From Bacteroidales bacterium UBA6117 (GTDB lineage: Bacteria > Bacteroidota > Bacteroidia > Bacteroidales > VadinHA17), in contig DIWB01000066.1 in NCBI GenBank assembly GCA_002428385.1, positions 21,499 through 85,498 on the forward strand: a DNA stretch of 64,000 nt, written 5' to 3'. Each line of letters opens with the position of its first letter. Within the stretch, counting starts at the first letter, position 1. The notes beneath the pieces are model-generated. The model ran no database searches. It was not told the origin of the DNA and saw only the letters and a program-made list of their open reading frames with translations. Shown here piece by piece: positions 1 through 9,905 of the stretch. The translations under genes and the position numbers were made by a program.

Positions 1-124
1 TTGAGTACCGGGGTAAATTTTTATTTATTCCCAAATTTACTCTATAAAAAACACCTGTAGAATGATAATGATCATTATAATGGTCTGGCGGAGGTTTTTA
101 GAAAAATCTTCAGCATAAACCATT

Positions 125-132
125 TATATTTG
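125..132 (+). promoter_or_regulatory. Bacteroidota -7 box TATATTTG upstream of thiF
   Basis: Exact match to TAnnTTTG, 27 nt before the thiF ATG. Confidence 0.4.
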
Positions 133-159
133 TGTAGTCAGATCTAAAATAATCAGAGG

Positions 160-747
160 ATGAATCTGTCAGAAATCGGAAGCCACCTGAAAAAGTTCAG
201 GGTGGGAATAGCCGGAGCCGGCGGTCTGGGATCAAATTGTGCAGCCTTGCTTGCCAGAAGCGGTGTTGGTACTCTGGTCATAGCCGATTATGACATTGTG
301 GAGAAATCGAATCTGTCGAGGCAGTTTTATTTTACAGGTCAGGAAGGAATGAAGAAGACCGAAGCGCTGAAGGAAAACCTGGGCCGGATCAGTCCTGAGA
401 TCAATGTAATAATCCACAGTCTGAAGCTTGACAGAACAAACATATCACAGATATTCGGGGGCTGTGACGTGATTGTCGAAGCACTCGACAGCAGCGAAAT
501 GAAGGAGATGTTTATTGAAACCGTGCAGATCACCCTGAAGGAAGTTCCTCTCGTAGCCGGTTCAGGAATTGCAGGCTGGGGAAACAATGACATTCTGAAA
601 ACCAGGAAAATTGATGAAACGCTGTATGTTTGCGGGGACGAGACCTCAGAAGTTACGGATGATCTCCCTCCGCTTGCTCCGCGTGTAGCCATTGTGGCCG
701 GTAAGCAGGCCAATACTGTTGTTGATTTGCTAATGAAAATGAAGTAG
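160..747 (+). CDS. thiF: ThiF-family (short form) sulfur-carrier adenylyltransferase
   Basis: 195-aa ORF with ATG start. Rossmann GxGxxG (IAGAGGLGSN) and E1-like ADYD...NLSRQ motifs. Followed 15 nt later by a GG-terminated ThiS-like ORF. Confidence 0.8.
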   Translation: MNLSEIGSHLKKFRVGIAGAGGLGSNCAALLARSGVGTLVIADYDIVEKSNLSRQFYFTGQEGMKKTEALKENLGRISPEINVIIHSLKLDRTNISQIFGGCDVIVEALDSSEMKEMFIETVQITLKEVPLVAGSGIAGWGNNDILKTRKIDETLYVCGDETSEVTDDLPPLAPRVAIVAGKQANTVVDLLMKMK

Positions 748-761
748 AAGAAGTACCGGGA

Positions 762-965
762 ATGAAGATACTACTGAACAACAGGGAAGAGGAATTTGAG
801 GCGGATTCAATGACGGTAAGCAGCATGCTTGAGATCAGAAAGTTTACCTTCAGGATGAGGATCATTAAGATCAACGGCGAACTCATACCCCGCGAAAAAT
901 ACGGATCGACTGTAATTCATGATGGCGACAAAGTACAGATGTTATATCTTATGAGCGGCGGTTAA
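762..965 (+). CDS. thiS: ThiS-like sulfur carrier protein
   Basis: 67 aa with a C-terminal Gly-Gly (LMSGG). INGELIPREKY...DGDKV pattern of the ThiS/MoaD beta-grasp family. Adjacent to thiF. Confidence 0.8.
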   Translation: MKILLNNREEEFEADSMTVSSMLEIRKFTFRMRIIKINGELIPREKYGSTVIHDGDKVQMLYLMSGG

Positions 966-989
966 AAAAAAAAGTTGTAGGTTTGTATC

Positions 990-1331
990 ATGATGCAACG
1001 CTTCAAGTTCATCGATAAAATTCCACCCGTCCTGAGGAACAAGTATCTCCTCACACTTATCGTTTTTGCTGTCTGGATATTATTGCTCGATTCAAACAAT
1101 CTTATATCGAGATTTAAGGAGATGAGAAACCTTAAAAAGCTCAAGGCTGAGAAGGAGTATTATGTCCAGCGCATCGAAGAGGATAAGAGGAAGCTTCATG
1201 AGCTGAAAACCAGCGACAGAAACCTTGAGAAGTTTGCCAGGGAGCAGTACAGGATGAAAAAGCCGGATGAGGATCTCTACATTATTCTTTCTCCTCAGGA
1301 AGACCGCCGGAACGCAAGGGAAACAAATTAG
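990..1331 (+). CDS. septum formation initiator family protein (FtsB/DivIC-like)
   Basis: 113 aa. One N-terminal TM helix (LLTLIVFAVWILLL), then a coiled coil (KKLKAEKEYYVQRIEEDKRKLHELK) and the AREQYRMKKPDE motif typical of the family. Confidence 0.65.
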   Translation: MMQRFKFIDKIPPVLRNKYLLTLIVFAVWILLLDSNNLISRFKEMRNLKKLKAEKEYYVQRIEEDKRKLHELKTSDRNLEKFAREQYRMKKPDEDLYIILSPQEDRRNARETN

Positions 1332-2587
1332 CCGGTCAGGTCCAGTTGTCTGAAATAATTGAGCAGGCCGGTCAGGCCGGCAGGGTTATCTTTTCCCATC
1401 ATTTTAAGCAGATCCCCTGCACCTTCTTCCACAGGCACTTTGGCGTAATGGCTGACATGAACCGAATTCAGGTATTTCACAATCCTGAATATATTGAACC
1501 AGCTGAAAAATCTTTTTCTGAATGAGTCCTTTCCCGAGGTGTTTTTCCTTATCTCAGTGATCCTGGTCTCCCAATCCTCCGGACTGATGAAATGCTGTAT
1601 GCCCGGAGGCAGGTTAGCGAATTTGTAGTTGCAGTTACTCGTCTCCTCGTAAAAAAATCCTTCAACCATGCTGAAGAATTGTCTGAGCTCACGGAATGCT
1701 TCCGGATTATATGAAAGCAGGCCGGCATCAGGTGATTCAGTGAGACGTGACATCACAGGGCCCGTTCCGAAAGGCACCCTTGTTGAGACTCGTGGTGAGG
1801 GATATACAGTGGTGGAAGTCAGGTTAAAGAAACCTCCTGCAGGAAGAAGTTTCTGAATGAAATAAAAATCTTCGCCGGCCGATCGCCTGTTCATCCCTCC
1901 TGCTTTAACGTAAGCCACTGCCTTTATAGCAATTGCAGATCCCACGGTATGGTGGACCCATGGGAAGCCTGCATAGGATAGACCCTGAACAAAATATCGC
2001 ATGTGAAGCTCATAAAGCCTTATAGAATTGTAGATCTCCGCCGGAAAGTCATCGCCCGAAACAGGATGTTCAAAGTAAACGGAGCATGCCATCCGGTCGG
2101 ATCTGCCGGCCATTTCGCTGTAAACTGCTTCGAAGTAGTTGTTTTTAACCGTGCAGTCGGCATCGATATTCAGAATAATTCCATCAGGATTTTTCAGAAG
2201 CTCAAACCGTCTGACGGCTTCATCCATTCCGGCCTTTCTGGCAAGACCGACACTCCATCCCGACGACTTAAGCTCCAGCCCGTCAATAACATGAACAGTA
2301 AAAAAAAGATTCTGGTTTAGCCTCTTCCACGATTCGGCAGCATAAACGCTTTTCCGGGTGTTTAAAAGGCTCTCTTCCCCGGCGTTGTCGGGAGCATTTG
2401 CAACAATCAGGATTTCGGCTCTGCAGAGAGGCTGACTGCAGCCCGCAAAGGAGTCAAGAAGATTAGTTATTCCCGGTTCATCAAAAGCGGGAACAACAAC
2501 AATAATTCCTGTGTTTTGAGCTGGCGCCTCTGTTATAATCCGGGGGAAAAGTGAATTTTCTTTAAGCCACGCAGAGGCAAATCCCAT
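1328..2587 (-). CDS. glycosyltransferase family 2 protein
   Basis: GT-A-type N-terminus (IIVVVPAFDEPG) and NIDADC acidic motif. Start placed at the internal ATG (MGFASAW), 4 nt after the upstream gene's stop. The longest ORF runs to 2623. Confidence 0.7.
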   Translation of the reverse strand: MGFASAWLKENSLFPRIITEAPAQNTGIIVVVPAFDEPGITNLLDSFAGCSQPLCRAEILIVANAPDNAGEESLLNTRKSVYAAESWKRLNQNLFFTVHVIDGLELKSSGWSVGLARKAGMDEAVRRFELLKNPDGIILNIDADCTVKNNYFEAVYSEMAGRSDRMACSVYFEHPVSGDDFPAEIYNSIRLYELHMRYFVQGLSYAGFPWVHHTVGSAIAIKAVAYVKAGGMNRRSAGEDFYFIQKLLPAGGFFNLTSTTVYPSPRVSTRVPFGTGPVMSRLTESPDAGLLSYNPEAFRELRQFFSMVEGFFYEETSNCNYKFANLPPGIQHFISPEDWETRITEIRKNTSGKDSFRKRFFSWFNIFRIVKYLNSVHVSHYAKVPVEEGAGDLLKMMGKDNPAGLTGLLNYFRQLDLTG

Positions 2588-2591
2588 GGGA

Positions 2592-3194
2592 TCACTTCTT
2601 TTTCTCGGTCTGATATTTGGCATTCAGTCCATCAACAACCTGCTGGGTGATATCCATTGCCGAATCGCCGTAAAGGATAGGGCTTCCGAAACTCTTGCCA
2701 AGAACATACTTGTATTTGTATTCACTTTTATGTTCTTCGAGAAATGTGGTGATATATTCCAGGACCTGCCTGTTCATTACCTGGTCTTCCTCAAGAAGAT
2801 TGGACTGAAGCTGATCGCGAAGATTGACCAGTTCCTGCTGCTGCTGGAGAAGAGATTGTTCCATCTCGGCTGCAGTTGCTCTTGTAACAAGTCCCTTATT
2901 CACCTTATCCTGAAAGTCCTTCACTCCCCTTTCATACTGGGTTCCCTTGGAATTAAGTTCAGCTTCAGCGCTTTTCTGTTTTTCGAGAAGTTCATCTCTC
3001 CTGTCGGAATACATATTGAACCTGAATACCACAGTATCGATATTCACAAAGGCAATACCTTCGGTAACAGCGCCTGCAGTTCCATCCGCACTATTGTCTT
3101 TTAAGGTATTTTTATTTCCGGTAAAGTGGAGTACGAACAGGGCGGCAACAGCCAGAAACAGCAGTGCAAGCAGAACATTGGTTAGATTCTTCAT
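2592..3194 (-). CDS. OmpH/Skp-family periplasmic chaperone
   Basis: 200 aa. N-terminal hydrophobic signal (LLALLFLAVAALFVL) followed by a long Q/E/K-rich coiled-coil region, as in OmpH family proteins. Confidence 0.7.
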   Translation of the reverse strand: MKNLTNVLLALLFLAVAALFVLHFTGNKNTLKDNSADGTAGAVTEGIAFVNIDTVVFRFNMYSDRRDELLEKQKSAEAELNSKGTQYERGVKDFQDKVNKGLVTRATAAEMEQSLLQQQQELVNLRDQLQSNLLEEDQVMNRQVLEYITTFLEEHKSEYKYKYVLGKSFGSPILYGDSAMDITQQVVDGLNAKYQTEKKK

Positions 3195-3228
3195 CGAAAG
3201 AAATGTGAGGTTTAATGTTTATCAGCCG

Positions 3229-3236
3229 CAAATATA
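3229..3236 (-). promoter_or_regulatory. -7 box TATATTTG upstream of the skp-like/GT2 genes
   Basis: Plus strand reads caaatata. 34 nt before the ATG at 3194. Confidence 0.4.
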
Positions 3237-3306
3237 GCAAATTAATTATTTTGCTGCCTCACACCCTTTAATTTTAAAAAGACATGCTGAACGGGATCTC
3301 ACGGGT

Positions 3307-4326
3307 TTAGAATTCCGGGCATGGTATAGCCCTTATCTTTGTTCGCTGGCCGATTGAGAAAGAATTGAATTCGTATACAAGCGATATCTCGTGAGCACCC
3401 GAAGTTGAAGATATCAGATTTGAAATAGTGAAATCGTAACTATATCCGATATGGAGTTGTTTGGTTTTGATGCCGATCAGTCCGATAACTGCATCTCCTG
3501 CCTGGGAAGTCACAAACGGGATTCCCCTGTACCACAAACCGAAAATAAGCGGATCCCTGTAATAATACAATCCTATATCTGTCTGATAAAAGTCGGCCTG
3601 TTTCTGGAAATTAAGCGCAACCGACAATACTTCCTGATAGGTTTGACGAAGCCTCGTCTTTCTTAATATCTGGATACCTCCGAAAACATTCAGTTTAACC
3701 GGGAGGGTTGATTCATTTCCGTAAAATGACTGTTTGGGATTAAGCAGATGATCAAGAGTGAAACCACCCCAGAAGCGGTCATTATAAACCAGCGCCGATG
3801 TTGCGAAATCGACATCGGCAACCTTGCTGAAAGGTGGCGGATATACCGATGGTACCGTTCCGGAACCGGTCATCTGGCTGGCAAAGACAAGCTTGTAGAT
3901 ATCGAGCCCCAGGTAGGTGAATTTAAAATTTACCCCGGGCCGGATATGCCAGTCATCATTGATTCTGAAATCGTAGGAATACAGGAGCCCGATATTTGTG
4001 GTGCTGAGTTCTCCTGATCCTGCCACATCGTAAGTTGCAAGCACCCCGATTCCTGAATTGAAATTCAGAAGGGCTTTGTCGAATGATATACTATAGGTGT
4101 GAAAAACCCCCGGGACAGCCGGCCACTGGTTCCTGTAATTAAGGGCAAACCTGTATTCTTCAGTTGCGCCAGCGAATGACGGAGCAAGATAAAGCGGATT
4201 CGCGTAAAACTGAGAAAAAGTCGGATCCTGGCCAAAACTATCAATAAACATGACGCAAGACACTATTAATGAATATTTTATTCTCTTAAGCAAAATCGAT
4301 CCGATTAGGTTTATTTGACTATTCAT
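3307..4326 (-). CDS. PorP/SprF-family type IX secretion membrane protein
   Basis: FSQFYANPLYLAPSFAG motif after a signal peptide, then a beta-barrel-like alternating pattern. The ORF-track start at 4386 is TTG. The ATG at 4326 (MNSQ...) gives a sensible signal peptide. Confidence 0.75.
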   Translation of the reverse strand: MNSQINLIGSILLKRIKYSLIVSCVMFIDSFGQDPTFSQFYANPLYLAPSFAGATEEYRFALNYRNQWPAVPGVFHTYSISFDKALLNFNSGIGVLATYDVAGSGELSTTNIGLLYSYDFRINDDWHIRPGVNFKFTYLGLDIYKLVFASQMTGSGTVPSVYPPPFSKVADVDFATSALVYNDRFWGGFTLDHLLNPKQSFYGNESTLPVKLNVFGGIQILRKTRLRQTYQEVLSVALNFQKQADFYQTDIGLYYYRDPLIFGLWYRGIPFVTSQAGDAVIGLIGIKTKQLHIGYSYDFTISNLISSTSGAHEISLVYEFNSFSIGQRTKIRAIPCPEF

Positions 4327-4559
4327 CTCTTTCGCAACATTATATAAACGGAGATTTGGCGAAAAAGTGATATCCTTATTAAACAATTTTTTGAGAAAGT
4401 GACGTAAAATAAATATTTACAACTATTTAACCGGGAACTAAATTATTTTCAAATTGTCATAAATCATTAATCCGATATGATAAACGTCATTAAATTAAGT
4501 CTCAGTATAGTTTTTATTTGATTTTTTATTTCAGGACGTTGTTCTGAGCAATAATTTGA

Positions 4560-4567
4560 TATTTTTG
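4560..4567 (+). promoter_or_regulatory. -7 box TATTTTTG upstream of proline dehydrogenase
   Basis: Exact TAnnTTTG, 22 nt before the ATG at 4590. Confidence 0.4.
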
Positions 4568-4589
4568 TGACACTTTAACTTTAAGAAAG

Positions 4590-5501
4590 ATGTTCAATAA
4601 ATTTATTGCCGCAATACTCCCTTATTTTCCAGAGAAGTTCATCTGGATATTTTCAAAGGCATACATTTCAGGGGAAAAAATAGAAGATGCCATCAGGGTA
4701 TCGAAAGAGTTCAAAAAAAACAGGACTGATGTCTCTCTTGACGTTCTGGGAGAATTTATCACATCGCTTGAGGAGGCTGAGGAGAACAAAAAAGAGTACC
4801 TCAACCTTATTGAAGTCACAATTAAATCGGGTATTGACGGTAATTTTTCGCTTAAACCCACATCCTTCGGGCTTCTTATAGACAAGGAAGTGTGCTACAA
4901 TCATATCAGGGAGATTACAGCAAAAGCTGCATCATACAACGGTTTTATCCGTATCGACATGGAGGACTCACCCTGCACCGATATGGAGGTCGATTTATAC
5001 AGGCGCCTTAAGCCGGAATTTCCACGGAGTGTTGGTCTTGTTGTCCAGGCATATCTGAAAAGAACCCTGAATGACGTTAAAGGGTTAATGGATCTTCACA
5101 CAAAGGAATCGCCCCTTAATTTCAGGCTTTGCAAAGGCATATACATTGAACCTGCTGAAATTGCCTGGAAGAAATATGAGGAAGTCAACCTGCATTACCT
5201 CGAGGATCTTGAATATATGCTGGCCAACGGCATATATGTAGGTATTGCCACACATGACAAACCTCTGATTGAAGGAGCTTACAAACTGCTTAAGAAATAT
5301 AATGTTCCCATGGATATGTATGAATTCCAGATGCTTTACGGAGTTACTCCGAAGCTGCGCGAGAGCATTGTGAATGAAGGACACAGGATGAGGGTATATG
5401 TTCCTTTCGGGAAGAAGTGGTTTGGTTATTCAACAAGAAGGCTGAAGGAAAATCCAAAAATGGCCAGTCACATTATCAAGGCTATCTTTGTAAAAGGATA
5501 G
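4590..5501 (+). CDS. proline dehydrogenase family protein
   Basis: 303 aa. TIM-barrel PRODH-like sequence ending in the YSTRRLKENP motif (RRxxEN). Confidence 0.8.
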   Translation: MFNKFIAAILPYFPEKFIWIFSKAYISGEKIEDAIRVSKEFKKNRTDVSLDVLGEFITSLEEAEENKKEYLNLIEVTIKSGIDGNFSLKPTSFGLLIDKEVCYNHIREITAKAASYNGFIRIDMEDSPCTDMEVDLYRRLKPEFPRSVGLVVQAYLKRTLNDVKGLMDLHTKESPLNFRLCKGIYIEPAEIAWKKYEEVNLHYLEDLEYMLANGIYVGIATHDKPLIEGAYKLLKKYNVPMDMYEFQMLYGVTPKLRESIVNEGHRMRVYVPFGKKWFGYSTRRLKENPKMASHIIKAIFVKG

Positions 5502-5509
5502 CGGCCGGA

Positions 5510-6223
5510 TTATTCTTTTCTCAATTTCTCAAGATAATTCCTGTGAATCTGATCAAGCTCTTCGCGCGTCAGGCTTGATTTAAATGGTTCCGGTTTCGGG
5601 GGAAGTCCGTTAATAAGAAGATATGCCACTCCGACAAGCATAAACGGACTAAGTCCAACCATCGCATCGGATGGAATTGTTCCTTTCTCAGATGCGTTCC
5701 TCAGATTTCTCTGATGGATCATTGCATAGTTGGATTCAGGGTCTCCAAGTTTTCCAATCCCCATTCTTCCCTGATAAGCAGAAACGGCCATGTTATACCT
5801 GGCATTTTGCATTTCAGTTGTTGTTGGAGGAGGTTTATAGATGTCGTACTTCAGATTCTCAAGCCTCGGGATTATCACCACTTCTTCAATTGCAATCGTA
5901 TCCGTCTGCATGTAGATCCCAACCATGAACTCACTGCCTGATAAACTGTCGCTTACCTGAAAGGAAGCATTCTGATAGCCCAGGAGTCGGAACTCCAGGG
6001 TGTCTCTCCTGTTCACCCTGAGAGAAAAAGTGCCCTCTTCTCCGGTCACTGCTATAAAGGATCTGTTAAGGAAGATCTGGGCCTCAGGCAGAGGAAGAAA
6101 GGTTGATTCATCCCTTACTATGCCGTTAAAAACCAAAGTACCGCCTGTGGTTTCACCAACCTGGCAAAGACCAGGAGTGAGGGGCAAAAGAAATGACAAT
6201 ATAATGAGCCATCCTTTTTTCAT
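5510..6223 (-). CDS. secreted carboxypeptidase-like regulatory domain protein
   Basis: Signal peptide, then a GIVRDESTFLPLPEAQIFL...TGEEGTFSLRV segment resembling the CarboxypepD_reg beta-sandwich. Confidence 0.55.
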   Translation of the reverse strand: MKKGWLIILSFLLPLTPGLCQVGETTGGTLVFNGIVRDESTFLPLPEAQIFLNRSFIAVTGEEGTFSLRVNRRDTLEFRLLGYQNASFQVSDSLSGSEFMVGIYMQTDTIAIEEVVIIPRLENLKYDIYKPPPTTTEMQNARYNMAVSAYQGRMGIGKLGDPESNYAMIHQRNLRNASEKGTIPSDAMVGLSPFMLVGVAYLLINGLPPKPEPFKSSLTREELDQIHRNYLEKLRKE

Positions 6224-6235
6224 TTCATAACAAAG

Positions 6236-6808
6236 TTACGCATTCACTATCAAATCATCAAGTCTCCGCTTGGGAACATGGTGAACGCCTTCCCCATCCC
6301 TCCAGTATTTTATGTCGTTGCCGGCTGCTTCATCAACAACCACTTTTTCAACAGGCTTCCCCAGAGCCAGAACCAGAAGTATTTCCAGGTTTCCCGGAAT
6401 ACGAAGTTCATTCCTCAGTGCTTCTCTTTTTACTGAAGCTATCATACATCCGCCAAAGCCGGCTTCAGTTGCGCCCAGCATAATACTTTGAGCCGCAATT
6501 CCGTGGTCAACATTGAATGATTCGGTTATTTCCTTGTCGCCCAGTATTATAATATAAGCCGAAGGCCTTTCGCCTGCTGCCGGTCCTTCCCAATCCTTCA
6601 GATAAGCAGCCCAGGCAAGCGCGGGAAAAATCCTCCTGCAGTATTCAGGTGTGTTATACAAAAGATACTTAAGAGGCTGCCTGTTCGCAGCGGAGGCGGA
6701 CATTCGCGCCAGATCAACGAGATCTTCAAGTTGCTTCCTGTCTATCTGACAAGACTCGTCAAAGCGCCTGTACGACCTGGTTCCGTAAACAAGATCCTTC
6801 AGATTCAT
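6236..6808 (-). CDS. nitroreductase family protein
   Basis: 190 aa. N-terminal TRSYRRFDE motif and overall NfsB/FRase-like pattern. Confidence 0.75.
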   Translation of the reverse strand: MNLKDLVYGTRSYRRFDESCQIDRKQLEDLVDLARMSASAANRQPLKYLLYNTPEYCRRIFPALAWAAYLKDWEGPAAGERPSAYIIILGDKEITESFNVDHGIAAQSIMLGATEAGFGGCMIASVKREALRNELRIPGNLEILLVLALGKPVEKVVVDEAAGNDIKYWRDGEGVHHVPKRRLDDLIVNA

Positions 6809-6840
6809 TTCCTGTGGTATAAAGTGAATTAATCATTCAA

Positions 6841-8403
6841 TCATTTCTTCTCCTCATCCTGGTACAATCCCCTGCGGGAGAGCAGATGATCGAGATCTGC
6901 AAGTCCGTAAACTACAACCGCGGTAACGACTGCTGTATGCTCCTGGTATTCAGGTATGCTTTTGGTGTAAAGATCGTTCTCAGTATGCCAGATCTCCTGG
7001 TAGCTGAAATTATATCCTTTTACATCCGGAGCCTCAAAAGCCAGGGTGGGCACTCCGTTCATCGCAAAATACGCATGATCTGAACCTCCGGCGGTCGTTG
7101 GTCTGGGCCTGGCAGGATTGGTGTTCTTTTTAAGACTGAACGGAAAATCGGGATTTATAGAGTTTAGGGGGTTGCACACTTTTTCAAAGTCATCATACAT
7201 TGATTCGGGAACCGTAAGACCGTTTGCCACTGTTGGTCCACCATCGCGATTGAAATAGTTGGAAATCCGTGGAAGCTTTTCCTTATTGGTCTCAACCCAG
7301 TGTTTTGAGCCTAGCAGGCCGAATTCCTCAGCTGCCCAAAGACAGACAAGTACTGTGCGCTTCGGTTTTCCACCGGCAGTCATTATCAGCCGGGAAGCTT
7401 CCATGGCGGGAGTTATTCCCGATCCGTCATCAACACCGCCCGTGGCAACATCAAAAGCATCAAGGTGCCCGCCCATCATCACATACTCGTCGGGGTAACG
7501 AGTTCCCTTTATCACTCCGATGACATTATGGTATACTACCGGACCTGGTTTGAAATGATTCCTGATGTCGAACTCAAGCAGGAAATACCTGCGTTCCTTC
7601 ACCATCTTTTCGATGACGGCGTACTGGTTTTCATCAAGCTTGATATCACATACAGTCGGCAGGTTTTCAAAAGTCATACCCGGAAGATTCTTCCTGTCGT
7701 AGAGAGCCCTGACAGGGACCTCAGAAGACTGGATTACCCCGAGAATTCCCGCTTCCCGCATTTCCCTGTAGAAAAGAGCCGGCTCAGTTTTCAGGGGAAT
7801 AGTCTCTTTGGGAGGTTTGTCCCTGTTTAAATAGTTCTCCCTTGTAATTTCACGGTTTATAGTGCCTACAGAGTCATTCCAGGCAATTATACTTTTCCGG
7901 ACGGAGTCAGCCTTTTCTGAAAAATCAATGGGCCATCCGTCATTTTTTCCTCCGATCAGGACCCAGGCTCCCTTAAGAGCTCCCTTCATCCTGTCAAACT
8001 CGTCCTTGTTTTTCGGTTCCATCAGGACATGGCCGCGCTGGACCCCCCTGGTGCCCGAAGTATAGGAAGGTGTGGCAAAATGAAGTATCATGCCATTTTC
8101 CGACAGCATTCTTCCAAACCATGGTCCCCTGTTAAATCCCACCGGGACTGATCCCGCCTCGTCCATTATTACATCCATTCCCCATTTCCGGAATTCGGAA
8201 GCGCACCATAAGGCAGCATTTTCATATGCATCAGAGCCGACAAGCCTTCCTCCGAACCTGTTCGAGATCACATCAAGATGCTGCATTGTCCGGTTATCTG
8301 TCTTTCCAATCTCAATGATCCGGTCAATAACCTTTCCCTGCTGAGCCCGGATTCCCGAATAGAAGAGAAGCAGGACAGCAAAAAGAGAACAATATTTCTT
8401 CAT
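6841..8403 (-). CDS. M28-family metallopeptidase, secreted
   Basis: Zinc-ligand motifs GGHLDAFDVATGGVDDGSG and WAAEEFGLLGS. Start moved to the ATG at 8403 (MKKYCSLFAVLLLF signal peptide), 6 nt below the sod stop. Confidence 0.8.
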   Translation of the reverse strand: MKKYCSLFAVLLLFYSGIRAQQGKVIDRIIEIGKTDNRTMQHLDVISNRFGGRLVGSDAYENAALWCASEFRKWGMDVIMDEAGSVPVGFNRGPWFGRMLSENGMILHFATPSYTSGTRGVQRGHVLMEPKNKDEFDRMKGALKGAWVLIGGKNDGWPIDFSEKADSVRKSIIAWNDSVGTINREITRENYLNRDKPPKETIPLKTEPALFYREMREAGILGVIQSSEVPVRALYDRKNLPGMTFENLPTVCDIKLDENQYAVIEKMVKERRYFLLEFDIRNHFKPGPVVYHNVIGVIKGTRYPDEYVMMGGHLDAFDVATGGVDDGSGITPAMEASRLIMTAGGKPKRTVLVCLWAAEEFGLLGSKHWVETNKEKLPRISNYFNRDGGPTVANGLTVPESMYDDFEKVCNPLNSINPDFPFSLKKNTNPARPRPTTAGGSDHAYFAMNGVPTLAFEAPDVKGYNFSYQEIWHTENDLYTKSIPEYQEHTAVVTAVVVYGLADLDHLLSRRGLYQDEEKK

Positions 8404-8408
8404 ACCTG

Positions 8409-8987
8409 CTATCTGTAGCGATTGGAAATTATATCCCAGTCGAGAATTTCCCAGAACGATTTTATATAATCGGGACGTCTGTTCCTGTAATCGATGTAAT
8501 AGGCATGTTCCCACACATCACAGGTTAGGAGGGGTTTGAGGCCATTCCGGAGAGGATTTCCGGCGTTTGATTCCTGGACTATCCGGAGTTTTCCTTCCTC
8601 CTCGCTGACGAGCCAGGCCCATCCGGAGCCAAATAGTCCGGCAGCAGATTTGGTAAACTGTTCCCTGAAACCCTCAAAGGAGCCAAACGACTCGATTATG
8701 GCTTCTGCTAGCGGGCCCATGGGTGTCCTGATCCCCGATTTGGAAAACGATTCAAAATAGAAAGTATGATTCCATACCTGGGCGCCGTTGTTGAAAATGG
8801 GACCATTGGCCGTCCGGATAATAGTCTCCAGGTCTGCATCGGCGAATTCTGTTCCCGGAACCAGACCGTTAAGATTGTTCACATAAGCCTGATGATGCTT
8901 ACCATAGTGATATTCTATGGTTTCGGCACTTATATAAGGAACAAGTGCATCAGCCGGATAAGGGAGTAAGGGTAATTCAAATGCCAT
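8409..8987 (-). CDS. sodB: Fe/Mn superoxide dismutase
   Basis: 192 aa. YHYGKHHQAYVNNLN and DVWEHAYYIDYRNRR signatures. Metal specificity cannot be read from the sequence. Confidence 0.95.
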   Translation of the reverse strand: MAFELPLLPYPADALVPYISAETIEYHYGKHHQAYVNNLNGLVPGTEFADADLETIIRTANGPIFNNGAQVWNHTFYFESFSKSGIRTPMGPLAEAIIESFGSFEGFREQFTKSAAGLFGSGWAWLVSEEEGKLRIVQESNAGNPLRNGLKPLLTCDVWEHAYYIDYRNRRPDYIKSFWEILDWDIISNRYR

Positions 8988-9070
8988 GGTTTTGCTTTTT
9001 ATTTGTTAATTCAGATCCTTGTTTATCAATTCATCAAAAATACTCATTTAAGGGCTGATTCCTGCCGAAA

Positions 9071-9901
9071 TCATTCCAGAAAAATGGACTCCGGCAATTC
9101 CGGGATCACACCTTTTTCTGCTGCGATACGGTAGAGTTCTGATACGGCTTTTCTCCCGACCGGTCCCAGAGTCAGTGTGAAATCATTAACATAAAGGTCA
9201 ATATGACGACTTATTACCGATTTTTCAATTTCCCGGGCGTGGGAGGTTACGAAATCCTGCTGCTCCGAGGAATTCTCCCTTGCAAACTCAATGCTTTTAC
9301 GGAGTATCCTGTTGAATTTTAAGGCAATATCCCTGGGTATCCTCCGGTTTATCACAATGAAACCCAATGGTACAGGCAGTCCTGTGAGTTTTTCCCAGAA
9401 TTCCCCCATATCGGCGATCTTTACAAGTCCTTTTTCCGCGTAGGTGAATCTCGTCTCGTGGATTATCAGTCCGGCATCAGCTTTTCCTTCAAGCAGGGTA
9501 TTCACTATTTCCGAAAAAAGGTACTCTCTCTTATTACGGGCATCAGGCCACGCGATGCTGAACAGCAGATTGGCCGTCGTGTATTTGCCGGGAATGGCAA
9601 TGACAGCTTTGTTTACATCCTCATTCCGCAATTGCTCCCTGCTGATAAGGAGAGGGCCGCTGCCATAACCGAGAGCGCTTCCGGAATCAAGAATAATATA
9701 ATTCCCGGAAGCATATGCATAAGCATGGCAGCTAATTTTCGTAATATCGACCCGTGAATCAAACGCCCGTCTGTTAAGTTCCTCCACGTCGGCAAGAAAA
9801 TAATCAAATTCAAGTCCTTCGGTATCTATCCTCCCGTTTACAAGGGCATCGAAAATGAATGTATCATTCGGGCATGGGGAAAATCCTAGTGTAAGTTTCA
9901 T
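9071..9901 (-). CDS. mqnD: 1,4-dihydroxy-6-naphthoate synthase (futalosine pathway)
   Basis: 276 aa. N-terminal LGFSPCPNDTFIFDAL motif characteristic of the MqnD/VitK2-biosynthesis family. Adjacent to an mqnB-like gene. Confidence 0.8.
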   Translation of the reverse strand: MKLTLGFSPCPNDTFIFDALVNGRIDTEGLEFDYFLADVEELNRRAFDSRVDITKISCHAYAYASGNYIILDSGSALGYGSGPLLISREQLRNEDVNKAVIAIPGKYTTANLLFSIAWPDARNKREYLFSEIVNTLLEGKADAGLIIHETRFTYAEKGLVKIADMGEFWEKLTGLPVPLGFIVINRRIPRDIALKFNRILRKSIEFARENSSEQQDFVTSHAREIEKSVISRHIDLYVNDFTLTLGPVGRKAVSELYRIAAEKGVIPELPESIFLE

Positions 9902-9905
9902 TCTG

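Noticed and set aside
1-159. TPP riboswitch upstream of thiF.
   Set aside because: No CUGAGA / GGGGUGC / ACCUGAUCUGGAUAAUGCCAGCG-like cores were found, and a well-placed -7 box leaves too short a leader.
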